Translations under genes and position numbers: made by a program
Notes under the pieces: model-generated
Databases searched by the model: none
Seen by the model: the letters and a program-made list of their open reading frames with translations, nothing else
Told to the model about the DNA's origin: nothing
In this document: positions 9,781 to 19,638 of the stretch, in pieces
How the letters are laid out: every line of letters starts with the position of its first letter
How positions within the stretch are numbered: the first letter of the stretch is position 1
From: a virus
IMG/VR virus record: IMGVR_UViG_3300042397_001844
Span: 1 to 64,000 of that record
Direction: 5' to 3' (one strand)
DNA length: 64,000 bases

Positions 9781-12700
9781 TTATACGAAATATGTTAGTG
9801 TAGCTCTTATCACATTTCTATTACCCGTTACATCTGCCATATCATCTGTCTTAACCGCAACCGGGTCAGTTCCAGCACCAGTTGCGCCAGAATCTCTATA
9901 AAGAAGAATTTCAGTTACGTTTGGTTGGATAACACCATATTTTGGCGGGTTTGTACTCCACCTAGAAGAATCTCCTATAACTAATGCGTTTGTAGCTTGA
10001 GCTGTAGAATTTGATGTAAATGGAAGTCCGCCTATTTTAAGGTTTTCAGAACCAACTACAGTAATATCTTCCGTCATTAAACAAATTGTAACAGTTACCA
10101 AACGACCAACTTTAGTGTACCACCCAAATTGATTACCATAAGTAACAACAGTTAAATTCGTTCCAGTATATGTTGGTGTAAATGTTCCTTCTTCGTAATC
10201 ATTTAATAATTCGGAACCTGTTGTACCACTACCATTTGATGTTGCCGAGAAGTCTATACCTTTACCAGATGTACCCATTACTAAGTTACCGGCTTTGATA
10301 TTAACATCACCAGCAGCTGTCATAGATACTCTTGTAGTAGTTGATGGCAACGTTGCATTATCAGCTGATACTTGTACGTCCAATGTTCCCCAACCCTCAT
10401 AGTTTGGAATCAATCTCCAGTTTCTAGCACCTCCGTTAGCCTGTGCTAATTGTGTAAAGTTTAGAGTTGGTGAATCACCATTTGAGATGATTGAAATACC
10501 ACTAGCTCCAACAGAATTAACCGCCAAAGAGCCACTTATACTTTGATTACCTTTAAATATAGAATCACCATTAGTTACTAAAGACCTTTGTACAATTAAT
10601 TTACCTATATTAGCATCAGCAATTCCATCAACAAGAGAAACTTCTGAAATAGTTAATGTTATAGTTCCAGTTGTTGGGTATCCGGCAAAACCTATGTGAG
10701 TTGCGGATGCAGATGCTGTGAAGGTTACAGTATTATATACACCATTCGTTACTGATGGTAATGTTAATGTTTGAACTGTATTGGTTGCAAAGTTAGTACC
10801 ATTTGATGTTATTATATTTCCTAATGTACCATTCGTTTCAACTGATTTAAAAAATAATGTATAGGTATTTCCACTTACTATCGTTGCTGGAAAATACCCA
10901 TATCCTTGGTCTACTGCATCCACTCCAGTAAATGAAGTTGTAGTTCCAGTAAAACTACCATCAAATCCTCTATTACCACCACCAGTTCCATTAACAGCCG
11001 TTCCTAATTGTACGGATTTTAAGGTGCTACCAGTATTTGATATTGCTTTAATATCACCACTTATAGTTTGTGTACCATAAAATGTATTTGCCGATGCCGT
11101 TTCAGCGAACTTATAATAGTTTGTTATTTGTTGTGAAGATGATACAATTGCTGCTCCTTTTAAAGATGCCGTATATGCTTCAATACCACCTATCTCAGCT
11201 TTGATTGATGCGGTTTCAGCGTACAATTGATAAAGTTGTGCATCAGTTGCGTATGTTGAATCTAATGCCGCGGTAAACGCCATCAAACCATTTGTTATTC
11301 CAATAAGAGAACCCGTAGTTAATTCAATAGAACGAGTTGCCTGATATAGTTGGAATAATTGTACATCAGTTGCGTATGTCGAATCTAATGCTGCCGTAAA
11401 TGCCATCAATCCGTTTGTGATTCCTATTAGAGAACCAGTAGATGTATATAGATTAGAGTTTAATGCGAATACATCATAATTTTGAACCTGCGTTGATGAT
11501 GATACAATTGCTGCTGCTTTTAAAGATGCAGTATAAGATTCTATTCCAGCTACTTCCGCTTTTATAGAACCTGTACCATTATATAAGTTAGAGTTTAATG
11601 CGAATACATCGTAGTTCTGAATTTGTGTTGATGATGATACAATTGCTTGTCCTTTTAAAGATGCAGTATATGCTTCAATACCATCAACTTCACCTCTTAA
11701 ACCAGTATTCAAAGAAGTATTAGATGCCGTATATGCCATTAAACCATTTGTCACACCTATCATTGAACCACTATGTAATTCTAATGAACGAGTTGATTGA
11801 TATAATTGATAAAGTTGTGCATCAGTTGCGTATGTATTATCTAAAGCCGCAGTGAATGCCATCAAACCATTAGTTATTCCTATTAAAGAACCAGTTACAG
11901 TTGAGAGTGTTAAGTTTCTACTATCTTGCGATGCGGTAAATTGTTGTAAAGATGCGGTAGCTACATGTAATGATTGTGTTGTCTGATGTACTCTAGCTAA
12001 TGTATCTCTTACCGATGATGTATATGTACTAATTCCAACAATATGAGAATCAACCGATGCCGTATAAATTGAGTTACCTAAGTTTACTGCTAATTGAGAT
12101 GAAGTAAATGCACTAATACCAACAATATGTGCATCAGTTGAAGATGTATATTGTGATATTGTAAAGTTTCTACTATCTTGTGATGCGGTAAATGCGTTTA
12201 AAGATGCCGTAGCTACATGTAATGATTGAGTAGTTTGATATACTCTAGCCAACTCACTATTAGTACCAGCTACGAATGCAGTAATTGTTGTTGAATTGGA
12301 ACTACTAAATATAGTATTATAGCTTGAATTAGAACTACTGAATGTTGTATTGTAGCTTGAATTGGAACTACTTAATGCGGTTACATATGTTGCGTTTGAA
12401 CTACTAAATATAGTATTATAGCTTGAATTTGAACTACTTAATGCGGTTACATATGCTGCGTTTGAACTACTGAATGTGGTATTGTAGCTTGAATTGGAAC
12501 TACTAAATGTAGTGTTATATGTGGAATTTGATGAACTAAAGTTTGTAAATACCGTTGAGTTTGATGAACTATATAGTGTATAATCTTGTCCATTTATAAA
12601 TACCGAACCAGTAAAATTAGATGAACCTGTAAATTGTTGTTTGTCTATAAGTTCATTACCAAAAATGTTACCGCCCTCCGAATATATTATACTTGCGGTT

Positions 12701-12969
12701 TCATATGTAGCTACTAACTCATTTACTGTTAATTTTCCAGTAATAGTAACATTGTTATTAATAGTTTGAGGACCTGTAAATACGTTACCAGCAGAACCCG
12801 TATGTGCGTTGTATGCATTTACAAATACGCTAAAATTTTCTACACTAATTTGGTTGGTAGTTCCTTGCAGTCCACCCCCAATAACGATTGGTAATACACT
12901 CCCTCCTGCTACTTGTGAGCCGGATACCCTATTGACTAAAGGTAATTCTGATATCTTTTTGGTTGCCAT
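9781..12969 (-). CDS. long tail-fibre-like protein with internal repeats
   Basis: N-terminal KKISELP, coiled-coil-like repeats, C-terminal GIDFSAT..DYEEGTFTP..YTKVGRLV..LPF domain. Confidence 0.75.
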   Translation of the reverse strand: MATKKISELPLVNRVSGSQVAGGSVLPIVIGGGLQGTTNQISVENFSVFVNAYNAHTGSAGNVFTGPQTINNNVTITGKLTVNELVATYETASIIYSEGGNIFGNELIDKQQFTGSSNFTGSVFINGQDYTLYSSSNSTVFTNFSSSNSTYNTTFSSSNSSYNTTFSSSNAAYVTALSSSNSSYNTIFSSSNATYVTALSSSNSSYNTTFSSSNSSYNTIFSSSNSTTITAFVAGTNSELARVYQTTQSLHVATASLNAFTASQDSRNFTISQYTSSTDAHIVGISAFTSSQLAVNLGNSIYTASVDSHIVGISTYTSSVRDTLARVHQTTQSLHVATASLQQFTASQDSRNLTLSTVTGSLIGITNGLMAFTAALDNTYATDAQLYQLYQSTRSLELHSGSMIGVTNGLMAYTASNTSLNTGLRGEVDGIEAYTASLKGQAIVSSSTQIQNYDVFALNSNLYNGTGSIKAEVAGIESYTASLKAAAIVSSSTQVQNYDVFALNSNLYTSTGSLIGITNGLMAFTAALDSTYATDVQLFQLYQATRSIELTTGSLIGITNGLMAFTAALDSTYATDAQLYQLYAETASIKAEIGGIEAYTASLKGAAIVSSSQQITNYYKFAETASANTFYGTQTISGDIKAISNTGSTLKSVQLGTAVNGTGGGNRGFDGSFTGTTTSFTGVDAVDQGYGYFPATIVSGNTYTLFFKSVETNGTLGNIITSNGTNFATNTVQTLTLPSVTNGVYNTVTFTASASATHIGFAGYPTTGTITLTISEVSLVDGIADANIGKLIVQRSLVTNGDSIFKGNQSISGSLAVNSVGASGISIISNGDSPTLNFTQLAQANGGARNWRLIPNYEGWGTLDVQVSADNATLPSTTTRVSMTAAGDVNIKAGNLVMGTSGKGIDFSATSNGSGTTGSELLNDYEEGTFTPTYTGTNLTVVTYGNQFGWYTKVGRLVTVTICLMTEDITVVGSENLKIGGLPFTSNSTAQATNALVIGDSSRWSTNPPKYGVIQPNVTEILLYRDSGATGAGTDPVAVKTDDMADVTGNRNVIRATLTYFV
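11130..11900 (-). repeat. internal peptide repeats of fibre (TGSLIGITNGLMAFTAALDxTYATD x3; YTASLKxxAIVSSSxQ x3)
   Basis: visible in translation and nucleotide sequence; boundaries approximate. Confidence 0.85.
12290..12575 (-). repeat. 33-nt (11-aa) tandem repeat, SSSNSSYNTTF-type, about 8-9 copies
   Basis: visible in translation; boundaries approximate. Confidence 0.85.
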
Positions 12970-13044
12970 TCTTAAATATATTTATACACGTTGGTATTCA
13001 ACTCCTATAAATATTGAAAAAATGAAATAAACTACTACTACAAG

Positions 13045-13575
13045 TTAGAAGTGTTTAACTTGTTGTATTTTTTGCTTAATATTTGGATAATCTTTCAATC
13101 TCTTTCTAACTGCAGCTATATTCTTTTCTGAATCATCTACGAAGAAAACATCATCATACCCCTCTTTTACTCTATCCTCAATCCAATCTGCTTTCTTTTC
13201 AGGATTATTATCACCCAATGCAATTACCTTCACACCACCTATCCCCAAATCCTTAATGAATTGAGATACGGGCCTTTCAGCTGCTCTAGCCGTTAAGATA
13301 TAAACTTCTCTACTTCCACCACTATTAACCATTCTTCTCAATAATTCAACATATCCTTTTATAAGTTCGGGTCTTGTCACTTGCTGAAAATCTTTGAAAT
13401 CGAATTCATCACCATCTCTAGCATCATACTTTGCGTATTGACCAGGCGATAGTTTTGATTTCATTCCGTTTCTATGTGTAACATATATGAATGAGTTTGT
13501 TTTAACTAACGTATCATCAAAATCAAAAATACGCAGTTTTTTACTTTCTACAAACAATGTTCTTGCTATTGGCAT
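13045..13575 (-). CDS. HAD-superfamily phosphatase
   Basis: FDFDDTL, ILTAR, FVDD motifs. Confidence 0.8.
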   Translation of the reverse strand: MPIARTLFVESKKLRIFDFDDTLVKTNSFIYVTHRNGMKSKLSPGQYAKYDARDGDEFDFKDFQQVTRPELIKGYVELLRRMVNSGGSREVYILTARAAERPVSQFIKDLGIGGVKVIALGDNNPEKKADWIEDRVKEGYDDVFFVDDSEKNIAAVRKRLKDYPNIKQKIQQVKHF

Positions 13576-13576
13576 C

Positions 13577-13900
13577 CTATCCGTTTATTTGTCTCTTAGT
13601 CTTTGGGAGTGCTTTTTCTAACTTATCGTTCTCTTTTGTAAGGAATTCAACTTTAACACCCAATGCTGCCACTTCTTTTGTAAGTTCTAACACCATAGTA
13701 CGAAGTTCATCTTTCTCTTTTGAACTATTTTCTAATAAGGCTTCTAATTTAGAGATACGGTCTTTACAATCGTGTCTGATAAACTCATCATCTCTTTCTT
13801 TATTTAGTGCTCTCTTTTCATAATATCTCCAAGCACCCGTTCCACCCAATACGGTGATAGCTGTGATTAATACTGAATACATATTTTCCATACTTAACAA
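13577..13900 (-). CDS. membrane-anchored coiled-coil protein (holin-like architecture)
   Basis: one N-terminal hydrophobic helix followed by heptad coiled coil. Confidence 0.5.
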   Translation of the reverse strand: MLSMENMYSVLITAITVLGGTGAWRYYEKRALNKERDDEFIRHDCKDRISKLEALLENSSKEKDELRTMVLELTKEVAALGVKVEFLTKENDKLEKALPKTKRQING

Positions 13901-14931
13901 GTTTTACATTCTTTTATTGGTTCTTCTTCCGTTTGAGGTAACGCTGCAGCTACATGCTCCACTCCTTTATCATCAACGTATTCGTTTTTTGGTTTTTGTG
14001 TCATTCTAGCTGCTACCAATGAGATAACTGCAATTGTGAAAAATATAAAGAAAGCATACATTCCTAATTTACCATATATAGAACCTTCAGCTTGCCCAGC
14101 CCTTCCCAAATCTTGCATTACTTTCATTACTTCGGGTTCTGCTAATTTCTGAATTTCGGTGTAATACCATTTTGTGAATGATGAATCTAAATATTGTATC
14201 CAACCACCCATAGATACCAATGCGGTAATAATACTCAACATAGTAGCACCAGTTCCTAATTTAACTGCAATCTTATTAATTGTAGCTTTAAGGTCCTCAT
14301 CTAAATCGTTTTGTTGTAATAGTGCAGCTGTTGCTTTGTTCATAGCATCTTTACCATTGAAATCATCAGATGATGCTATGTTATCGATGTTGAGATGTGA
14401 TTTAGCTCTATCATATTTTATAGATGCCATCTTAATTGCCAAATTTCTAATCTTCTTTATAGAATCACCCAACCCTTCATTTAATGTAGATTCTTTTTTA
14501 ATACTATAATCTTTCTTTATATTAGAAAGTGTTTGTAATGCGTTTTTTAATCTATCTTGAAATAATTTCTTTTGTTCCGATGATTTAGTTGCCGATAGTT
14601 TATCTCTTAATGCTTTAATTCTATTATTAAGGTTTTGTATTCTTTCTCCAGCCGGAACTGCTGCTTCTTTTACTGATTCCAATTTCAACTTAAAATGGTC
14701 CATTACATCCCAAATTTCATTATATCCCATATCACCCAAGTCATCCAATATTTGATTTCTATTTGCATTTGTTTTGCCAGACACAAATATAGATACTGCC
14801 TTTTTAGTGCTATATGTACCTTTATCGTAGAATTTCATTATTTCCTTTACATGAATATCGTTTTTAGACATTTCATTCATAAAGTCTTCTCTTACTACTG
14901 AGCGGATTATTTCTTTAAGTTGCTTTTCCAT
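13894..14931 (-). CDS. hypothetical protein with two C-terminal hydrophobic segments
   Basis: 345-aa ORF with coiled coil and two TM-like stretches. Confidence 0.55.
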   Translation of the reverse strand: MEKQLKEIIRSVVREDFMNEMSKNDIHVKEIMKFYDKGTYSTKKAVSIFVSGKTNANRNQILDDLGDMGYNEIWDVMDHFKLKLESVKEAAVPAGERIQNLNNRIKALRDKLSATKSSEQKKLFQDRLKNALQTLSNIKKDYSIKKESTLNEGLGDSIKKIRNLAIKMASIKYDRAKSHLNIDNIASSDDFNGKDAMNKATAALLQQNDLDEDLKATINKIAVKLGTGATMLSIITALVSMGGWIQYLDSSFTKWYYTEIQKLAEPEVMKVMQDLGRAGQAEGSIYGKLGMYAFFIFFTIAVISLVAARMTQKPKNEYVDDKGVEHVAAALPQTEEEPIKECKTC

Positions 14932-14967
14932 TTATATATGTACCAATTTAGATATAAATATAAAGTT

Positions 14968-15864
14968 TTAAGGATTAGATTGTTTTTTAATCAATTCTTT
15001 GGCAAATTTGGTAACTTCTTCTTGTCCTAATGAATTAGCTTTATCATAAAACTCTTTTTTTCTATCAATCGGTTTAATTTTACCATCAAACGATGGGGTT
15101 CTATTTAAGTAATCTTCGGTAATATACACACCATCCATAACAAATTGCTTAATATCATAACCAATTTTTTTAGCTAATGTGGCTGCTGACATTCCATATG
15201 TATCTTCCGGCCCATATCCTCCAAATGATTCTGGGATTCCTACAAGTTCCCAAAATGATTTAGAATATAATGTATGCATACCACACCCAAATTTAATAGT
15301 ACGAACTTCTCTAGCATTAATTGCACCAATGGTTTGAGTATATGTACCTTCCATAACTTCTTTAGTATCTATTGCATAACCATATGGTTTATCAAAATAA
15401 TCAGAGTGACATAATTCATCCCAACTACTATCCCACCACTTTGCCAAAGATGGAGAAAGTATATAAGTACCATCTAATTGATATGATATATTTAATTGAT
15501 GTTTTAACATATGTTCATGAAACAAAATATCAGTATCACAAAATATGAATTGGTCATAATCCAATTTATAACTTTCTCTCTTTTGTTGAGTAGTTCCCCA
15601 ACAAGATGTATCCAATATTACTTCATTAATATTTTTTACACCATTAAATAATATTGCAAAACGAGATATAAAATGTCCGTTTTTCAATTCACTGTTTTCC
15701 CAATCGGTCAATTCTGGGTTTAGATTTAATGTTACTTTTAAGGTTACATCATCATTATCATCCAAATACATTAATGCTCTTTTCATTTGATGCATTAATC
15801 TTTCAAACATTTCAATCTCCGATGGCATAACGTGTATGCAAATAAGTGTTTTTTTCTTAGCCAT
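14968..15864 (-). CDS. putative GT-A glycosyltransferase
   Basis: FCDTDILF (DxD) and FGGYGPED motif. Confidence 0.6.
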   Translation of the reverse strand: MAKKKTLICIHVMPSEIEMFERLMHQMKRALMYLDDNDDVTLKVTLNLNPELTDWENSELKNGHFISRFAILFNGVKNINEVILDTSCWGTTQQKRESYKLDYDQFIFCDTDILFHEHMLKHQLNISYQLDGTYILSPSLAKWWDSSWDELCHSDYFDKPYGYAIDTKEVMEGTYTQTIGAINAREVRTIKFGCGMHTLYSKSFWELVGIPESFGGYGPEDTYGMSAATLAKKIGYDIKQFVMDGVYITEDYLNRTPSFDGKIKPIDRKKEFYDKANSLGQEEVTKFAKELIKKQSNP

Positions 15865-17096
15865 TAAAATACATTTTTAAAGAATGGTATAACCATATCT
15901 TTTGTTCTTAAATTAAATATGTGTAGTTGGAATATATCCCATTCAAAGCTACCAACAGAATCGGTTTGCTGAATTATGAATGGTATATTCTTTATGAATG
16001 ATGTAAAGTTTTCGTTTGTCAGCTTAGAACCATCAAACATTATTTGCACATCACCTTTCATCTCATCGCCAATTTCATGTATCTTATCGGATAAATCAAA
16101 CATAGTTTCTTTTTGTTCGTTATCTACATAACTTTGATATTCACAATCAACATACAATCTATCACACCAAGATTCTAATACGCCCAATAGTTGCGGATGG
16201 CAATTATGAACCACAAATGTAGTATCATATCTATTAGGTACAATTGGCATCATTAATTCATCATGCAATACATCAGTATGCCATTTTCTCCACCACTCTT
16301 TAAATTTGTTTTGTCTTAATTCCAAATATTCTTTTGAATCTTTAGGTTTATACCAAATAGTTCCATCCGGTAATGGTATCTCTCTTTCAATTTCAATACC
16401 ATCTTTGAATCTGCTACCTCTACAAGTCATATGATATACAAATGCATCTCTACTTTGAATTAATTTATAATCACATAAATGGAATCTATTGAATATATCA
16501 GAATCTTCCAACTCCATAGGTGCGAACAATTTATCGTGGCCTCCCATAGTTCTGAAATCTTCTTTGTATAACATCCAAGGTGCGAAAATACCATTTGTAT
16601 TAGTATCTTTATTTTCGGCTTGCTTAACTTCTACAAACTTTTCAAACTCATCAAATTGTAATTGGAATTCTTCAGGCTCCATACCAAAGTTCTTTACATA
16701 CTTTTCAGGACCAGGCGGATGTAATGGTGGTTCGATACGAGTAGCACTTACTACCGATAATGGAGTTAAGTTCTTTAACATATTTGAAACGTAATCTTTT
16801 GTAACAACCATATCCGAATGTAGAATTGTTACAATTGGAGTTTCTGCTAAACTAATACCAATATCATATAGTACAGTATGACCTACTCTATCAGGTCCTT
16901 CGTTTCTGTATGTTTTTATATGTGGTTTGTTTAACGAGCTAATCCACTGCCAAGTTCCATCGTTTGAAGCATCATCTAATATTACAATTTGATGATAATT
17001 GCTATAATAGTTTTCGATACTATTAACGGCTTGTTGTAGATATTTTAAATTATTTCTACAAGGTATAATAAAAGTAACCGATTGGTAATGTGCCAT
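15864..17096 (-). CDS. GT2-family glycosyltransferase
   Basis: FIIPCRN, LDDASNDGT, LHSDM, EDSD. Confidence 0.88.
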   Translation of the reverse strand: MAHYQSVTFIIPCRNNLKYLQQAVNSIENYYSNYHQIVILDDASNDGTWQWISSLNKPHIKTYRNEGPDRVGHTVLYDIGISLAETPIVTILHSDMVVTKDYVSNMLKNLTPLSVVSATRIEPPLHPPGPEKYVKNFGMEPEEFQLQFDEFEKFVEVKQAENKDTNTNGIFAPWMLYKEDFRTMGGHDKLFAPMELEDSDIFNRFHLCDYKLIQSRDAFVYHMTCRGSRFKDGIEIEREIPLPDGTIWYKPKDSKEYLELRQNKFKEWWRKWHTDVLHDELMMPIVPNRYDTTFVVHNCHPQLLGVLESWCDRLYVDCEYQSYVDNEQKETMFDLSDKIHEIGDEMKGDVQIMFDGSKLTNENFTSFIKNIPFIIQQTDSVGSFEWDIFQLHIFNLRTKDMVIPFFKNVF

Positions 17097-18460
17097 TATT
17101 TTTTATTTTCTAAGTAATATTTTAAATCCTCGGGTGTACCTAATCCCCACATCTTATCAATATTGAATGTTTTTATTTTCTTACAATCCGCAATTGCTTC
17201 ATTAAAAGTTGGACAAGTATAAAATTCACCATTAGTTCTGATGTTCTTACTAATCATTTGTTCTGCATACTTTACATAATCAGAACCTTTAGCCCAATAG
17301 TAAACACCAACCGTTGCTATGTCTGAAATTGGATTCTTTTCTGCTACTTCTGTCACATACCCATACTCATCCACTTTAGCGAATGACCATTTAGGATGCG
17401 TTGCTGTAAATGTAAGAATACCACCATCCACTTTTTGTTCAATCATCTTATACATAAACTCATTTGAATCCCACTCCACAAATTGGTCAGAGTTTGCCAT
17501 AACCAATGGAGAATCGTTATCAATATATTCTTTTGCTAATAGAGTTGTACACGCAGCTCCTTCAGTCAAACCATCAACTTCCACAATTTTACAATTGGGA
17601 GTTATTAGATTTAATAAAGTATCTAAATTGTACTTCTCTCTATGTTCCTTTTGTACAACATAAATGTATGTAGCTTCTATGTTTAAGTTATCCACTACAA
17701 CCTGAATCATTGGTTTTCCTTCCACATCGATTAGTGGTTTAGGGAATGTATATCCGGCAGCTTGAAATCTACTTCCTGCTCCAGCCATTGGGATAAGTAC
17801 ATTCATCTTACCACCTTGCCACTTTGGTATGCTCATAACTTTTTTAGTTTCCTCTAATTTACGAATAATTTTTGATATTACCAAATCTTTTGGGTTATCT
17901 ACTCTCAAAACATTTGCTCTACTTCTACTTGCTGCCAATAAACCATGCGGAGAATCCTCCACAATAAGAGTTTCTTCCGGCAACACACTCATCATACTCA
18001 TAGCCTTCCAATACATTTCAGGATGCGGTTTAGAGTTCTTTACGTCCTCATTAGAGATGATTAAATCCATATACTCAATTATACCTATCTTAGCTAACAT
18101 AACCAAGACAGACCTTCTAATTGAGTTTGAAGCACATGCTAACTTATATCCTCTATCTCTCAACTCTTTGAATAACTCAATCTTTTGTAAATCAGGTTGT
18201 AATTGTGAAATAGCTTCAATAGTTAGATGTTGCTTTCTATACCAAATATCATCATAGAATTCCGGATGTAATCCTTTGTTTTTACTAAGCATTTCAAGCT
18301 TTTGAGTTGTCTTTAATCCATCATATATAGATAGATGCTCCGATTCGGTAATTACATACTTCTCATCGATTTCTCTTAGAGCTTGATTTAGGGTATCGTA
18401 GTGTATTTGCTTAGCCTCTACCAATACACCATCCAAGTCAAAGATTATTAATTTTGTCAT
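17096..18460 (-). CDS. HAD phosphatase / sugar-phosphate nucleotidyltransferase fusion
   Basis: FDLDGVL..KPHP..EDS then IPMAGAGSRF..PKPL..LGTPEDL. Confidence 0.88.
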   Translation of the reverse strand: MTKLIIFDLDGVLVEAKQIHYDTLNQALREIDEKYVITESEHLSIYDGLKTTQKLEMLSKNKGLHPEFYDDIWYRKQHLTIEAISQLQPDLQKIELFKELRDRGYKLACASNSIRRSVLVMLAKIGIIEYMDLIISNEDVKNSKPHPEMYWKAMSMMSVLPEETLIVEDSPHGLLAASRSRANVLRVDNPKDLVISKIIRKLEETKKVMSIPKWQGGKMNVLIPMAGAGSRFQAAGYTFPKPLIDVEGKPMIQVVVDNLNIEATYIYVVQKEHREKYNLDTLLNLITPNCKIVEVDGLTEGAACTTLLAKEYIDNDSPLVMANSDQFVEWDSNEFMYKMIEQKVDGGILTFTATHPKWSFAKVDEYGYVTEVAEKNPISDIATVGVYYWAKGSDYVKYAEQMISKNIRTNGEFYTCPTFNEAIADCKKIKTFNIDKMWGLGTPEDLKYYLENKK

Positions 18461-19215
18461 TAATAGATTTTAATATGTTTACCAACCTTTGTTACTCCTT
18501 TATGCTGAACTGCTATTGTAGCACATTCGTTAGCATAAATGATAGATTTATCAATATCATTACTTCTACAATATTCTATTGTTAGTGCTGATATGAATGA
18601 ATCACCTGCTCCGCTATTATCTCTAACCTCTACCTCATCAACATTGAACTCCTTCTCCATATACTTACATCCCTTACCACTCATAGTTACAATTAATTTA
18701 TCGTAGAATTCTTTGAAGTATTGTCCAGCTGCTATATTGTTTTCATACTCATGTTCATTTATTTTAATGAACTTAGCACCTAACATTTTTTCATTCACAA
18801 TCTTTTTAGTATCAATGAATACCGTATCATGCTTTGAACAAATGTATTCAATATCATCGTATTCCAAAAAACCTTTGTTGTAATCTGATATAATAACTGC
18901 ACAATAATTTTGATATGGTATATGTTCCAATCCTTGTACTCTTTGTGATTTATTTGCATCAGAATCAACTCTGATAATTTGATGATTTGTTTTTTCTTCA
19001 ACATATCGTGTCTTTGTGATAGGTTCTGAATTTGTTATCAAATCAACTTCAACATTTAATGATTCTATATTCTCATATACATTAGCTGCCATTCCGCCTG
19101 TTTCAGTTTTTCTTTTAGGAATGAATACAGGCACAGGAGCTTCAGGACACAGCCTATTGGCTGTGCCATAAATGAATACATCTTTACAACTATCTCCTAT
19201 AACTAATATTTTCAT
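18460..19215 (-). CDS. PfkB-family sugar kinase, HldE (RfaE) kinase-domain-like
   Basis: RLCPEAPVPV, GGMAANV, SDYNKG, GAGDSF. Confidence 0.85.
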   Translation of the reverse strand: MKILVIGDSCKDVFIYGTANRLCPEAPVPVFIPKRKTETGGMAANVYENIESLNVEVDLITNSEPITKTRYVEEKTNHQIIRVDSDANKSQRVQGLEHIPYQNYCAVIISDYNKGFLEYDDIEYICSKHDTVFIDTKKIVNEKMLGAKFIKINEHEYENNIAAGQYFKEFYDKLIVTMSGKGCKYMEKEFNVDEVEVRDNSGAGDSFISALTIEYCRSNDIDKSIIYANECATIAVQHKGVTKVGKHIKIY

Positions 19216-19231
19216 AACTTTTGTTTTAATA

Positions 19232-19636
19232 TTACCAGCTTATCTCCCAATCTTTAAAATCAGCTGCTAAGCAATCAATTTTATAATCCTTTCTACCACC
19301 CATAACTTCTTGAATCTTATTTTTAGCTACGTTACGGATACCATTCAATCCATGTGTTAATTCTAAATTGTTACCATCTTTAATTCCTTTACGATAGTTT
19401 GATTCGTTGTGCCAAATATGTAAGTTCATTTGTGATAACACTACAATTGCTCTGATTGTTTCTGCTGTAATTGGTTCTTTACTCTCATCCAAATATAATT
19501 GAATATCATGCACAATTGCGTTAATTTCTTCCGCATATTCTTCTTTGTGTTCAGCGATAAACACCTCTTTCAATTGTACGATAGATAATCTGTCTACTAA
19601 TTCGCTTAATGTTGGTAAGTACTTTCTGTCTGCCAT
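19232..19636 (-). CDS. helical hypothetical protein in glycan cluster
   Basis: SELVDRLSIVQLK..NLHIWHNE; function unknown. Confidence 0.55.
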   Translation of the reverse strand: MADRKYLPTLSELVDRLSIVQLKEVFIAEHKEEYAEEINAIVHDIQLYLDESKEPITAETIRAIVVLSQMNLHIWHNESNYRKGIKDGNNLELTHGLNGIRNVAKNKIQEVMGGRKDYKIDCLAADFKDWEISW

Positions 19637-19638
19637 AA

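Noticed and set aside
11130-12575. Repeats as a possible CRISPR array or DGR template/variable pair
   Set aside because: In-frame coding repeats with mostly synonymous differences, no unique spacers, no reverse transcriptase in the window
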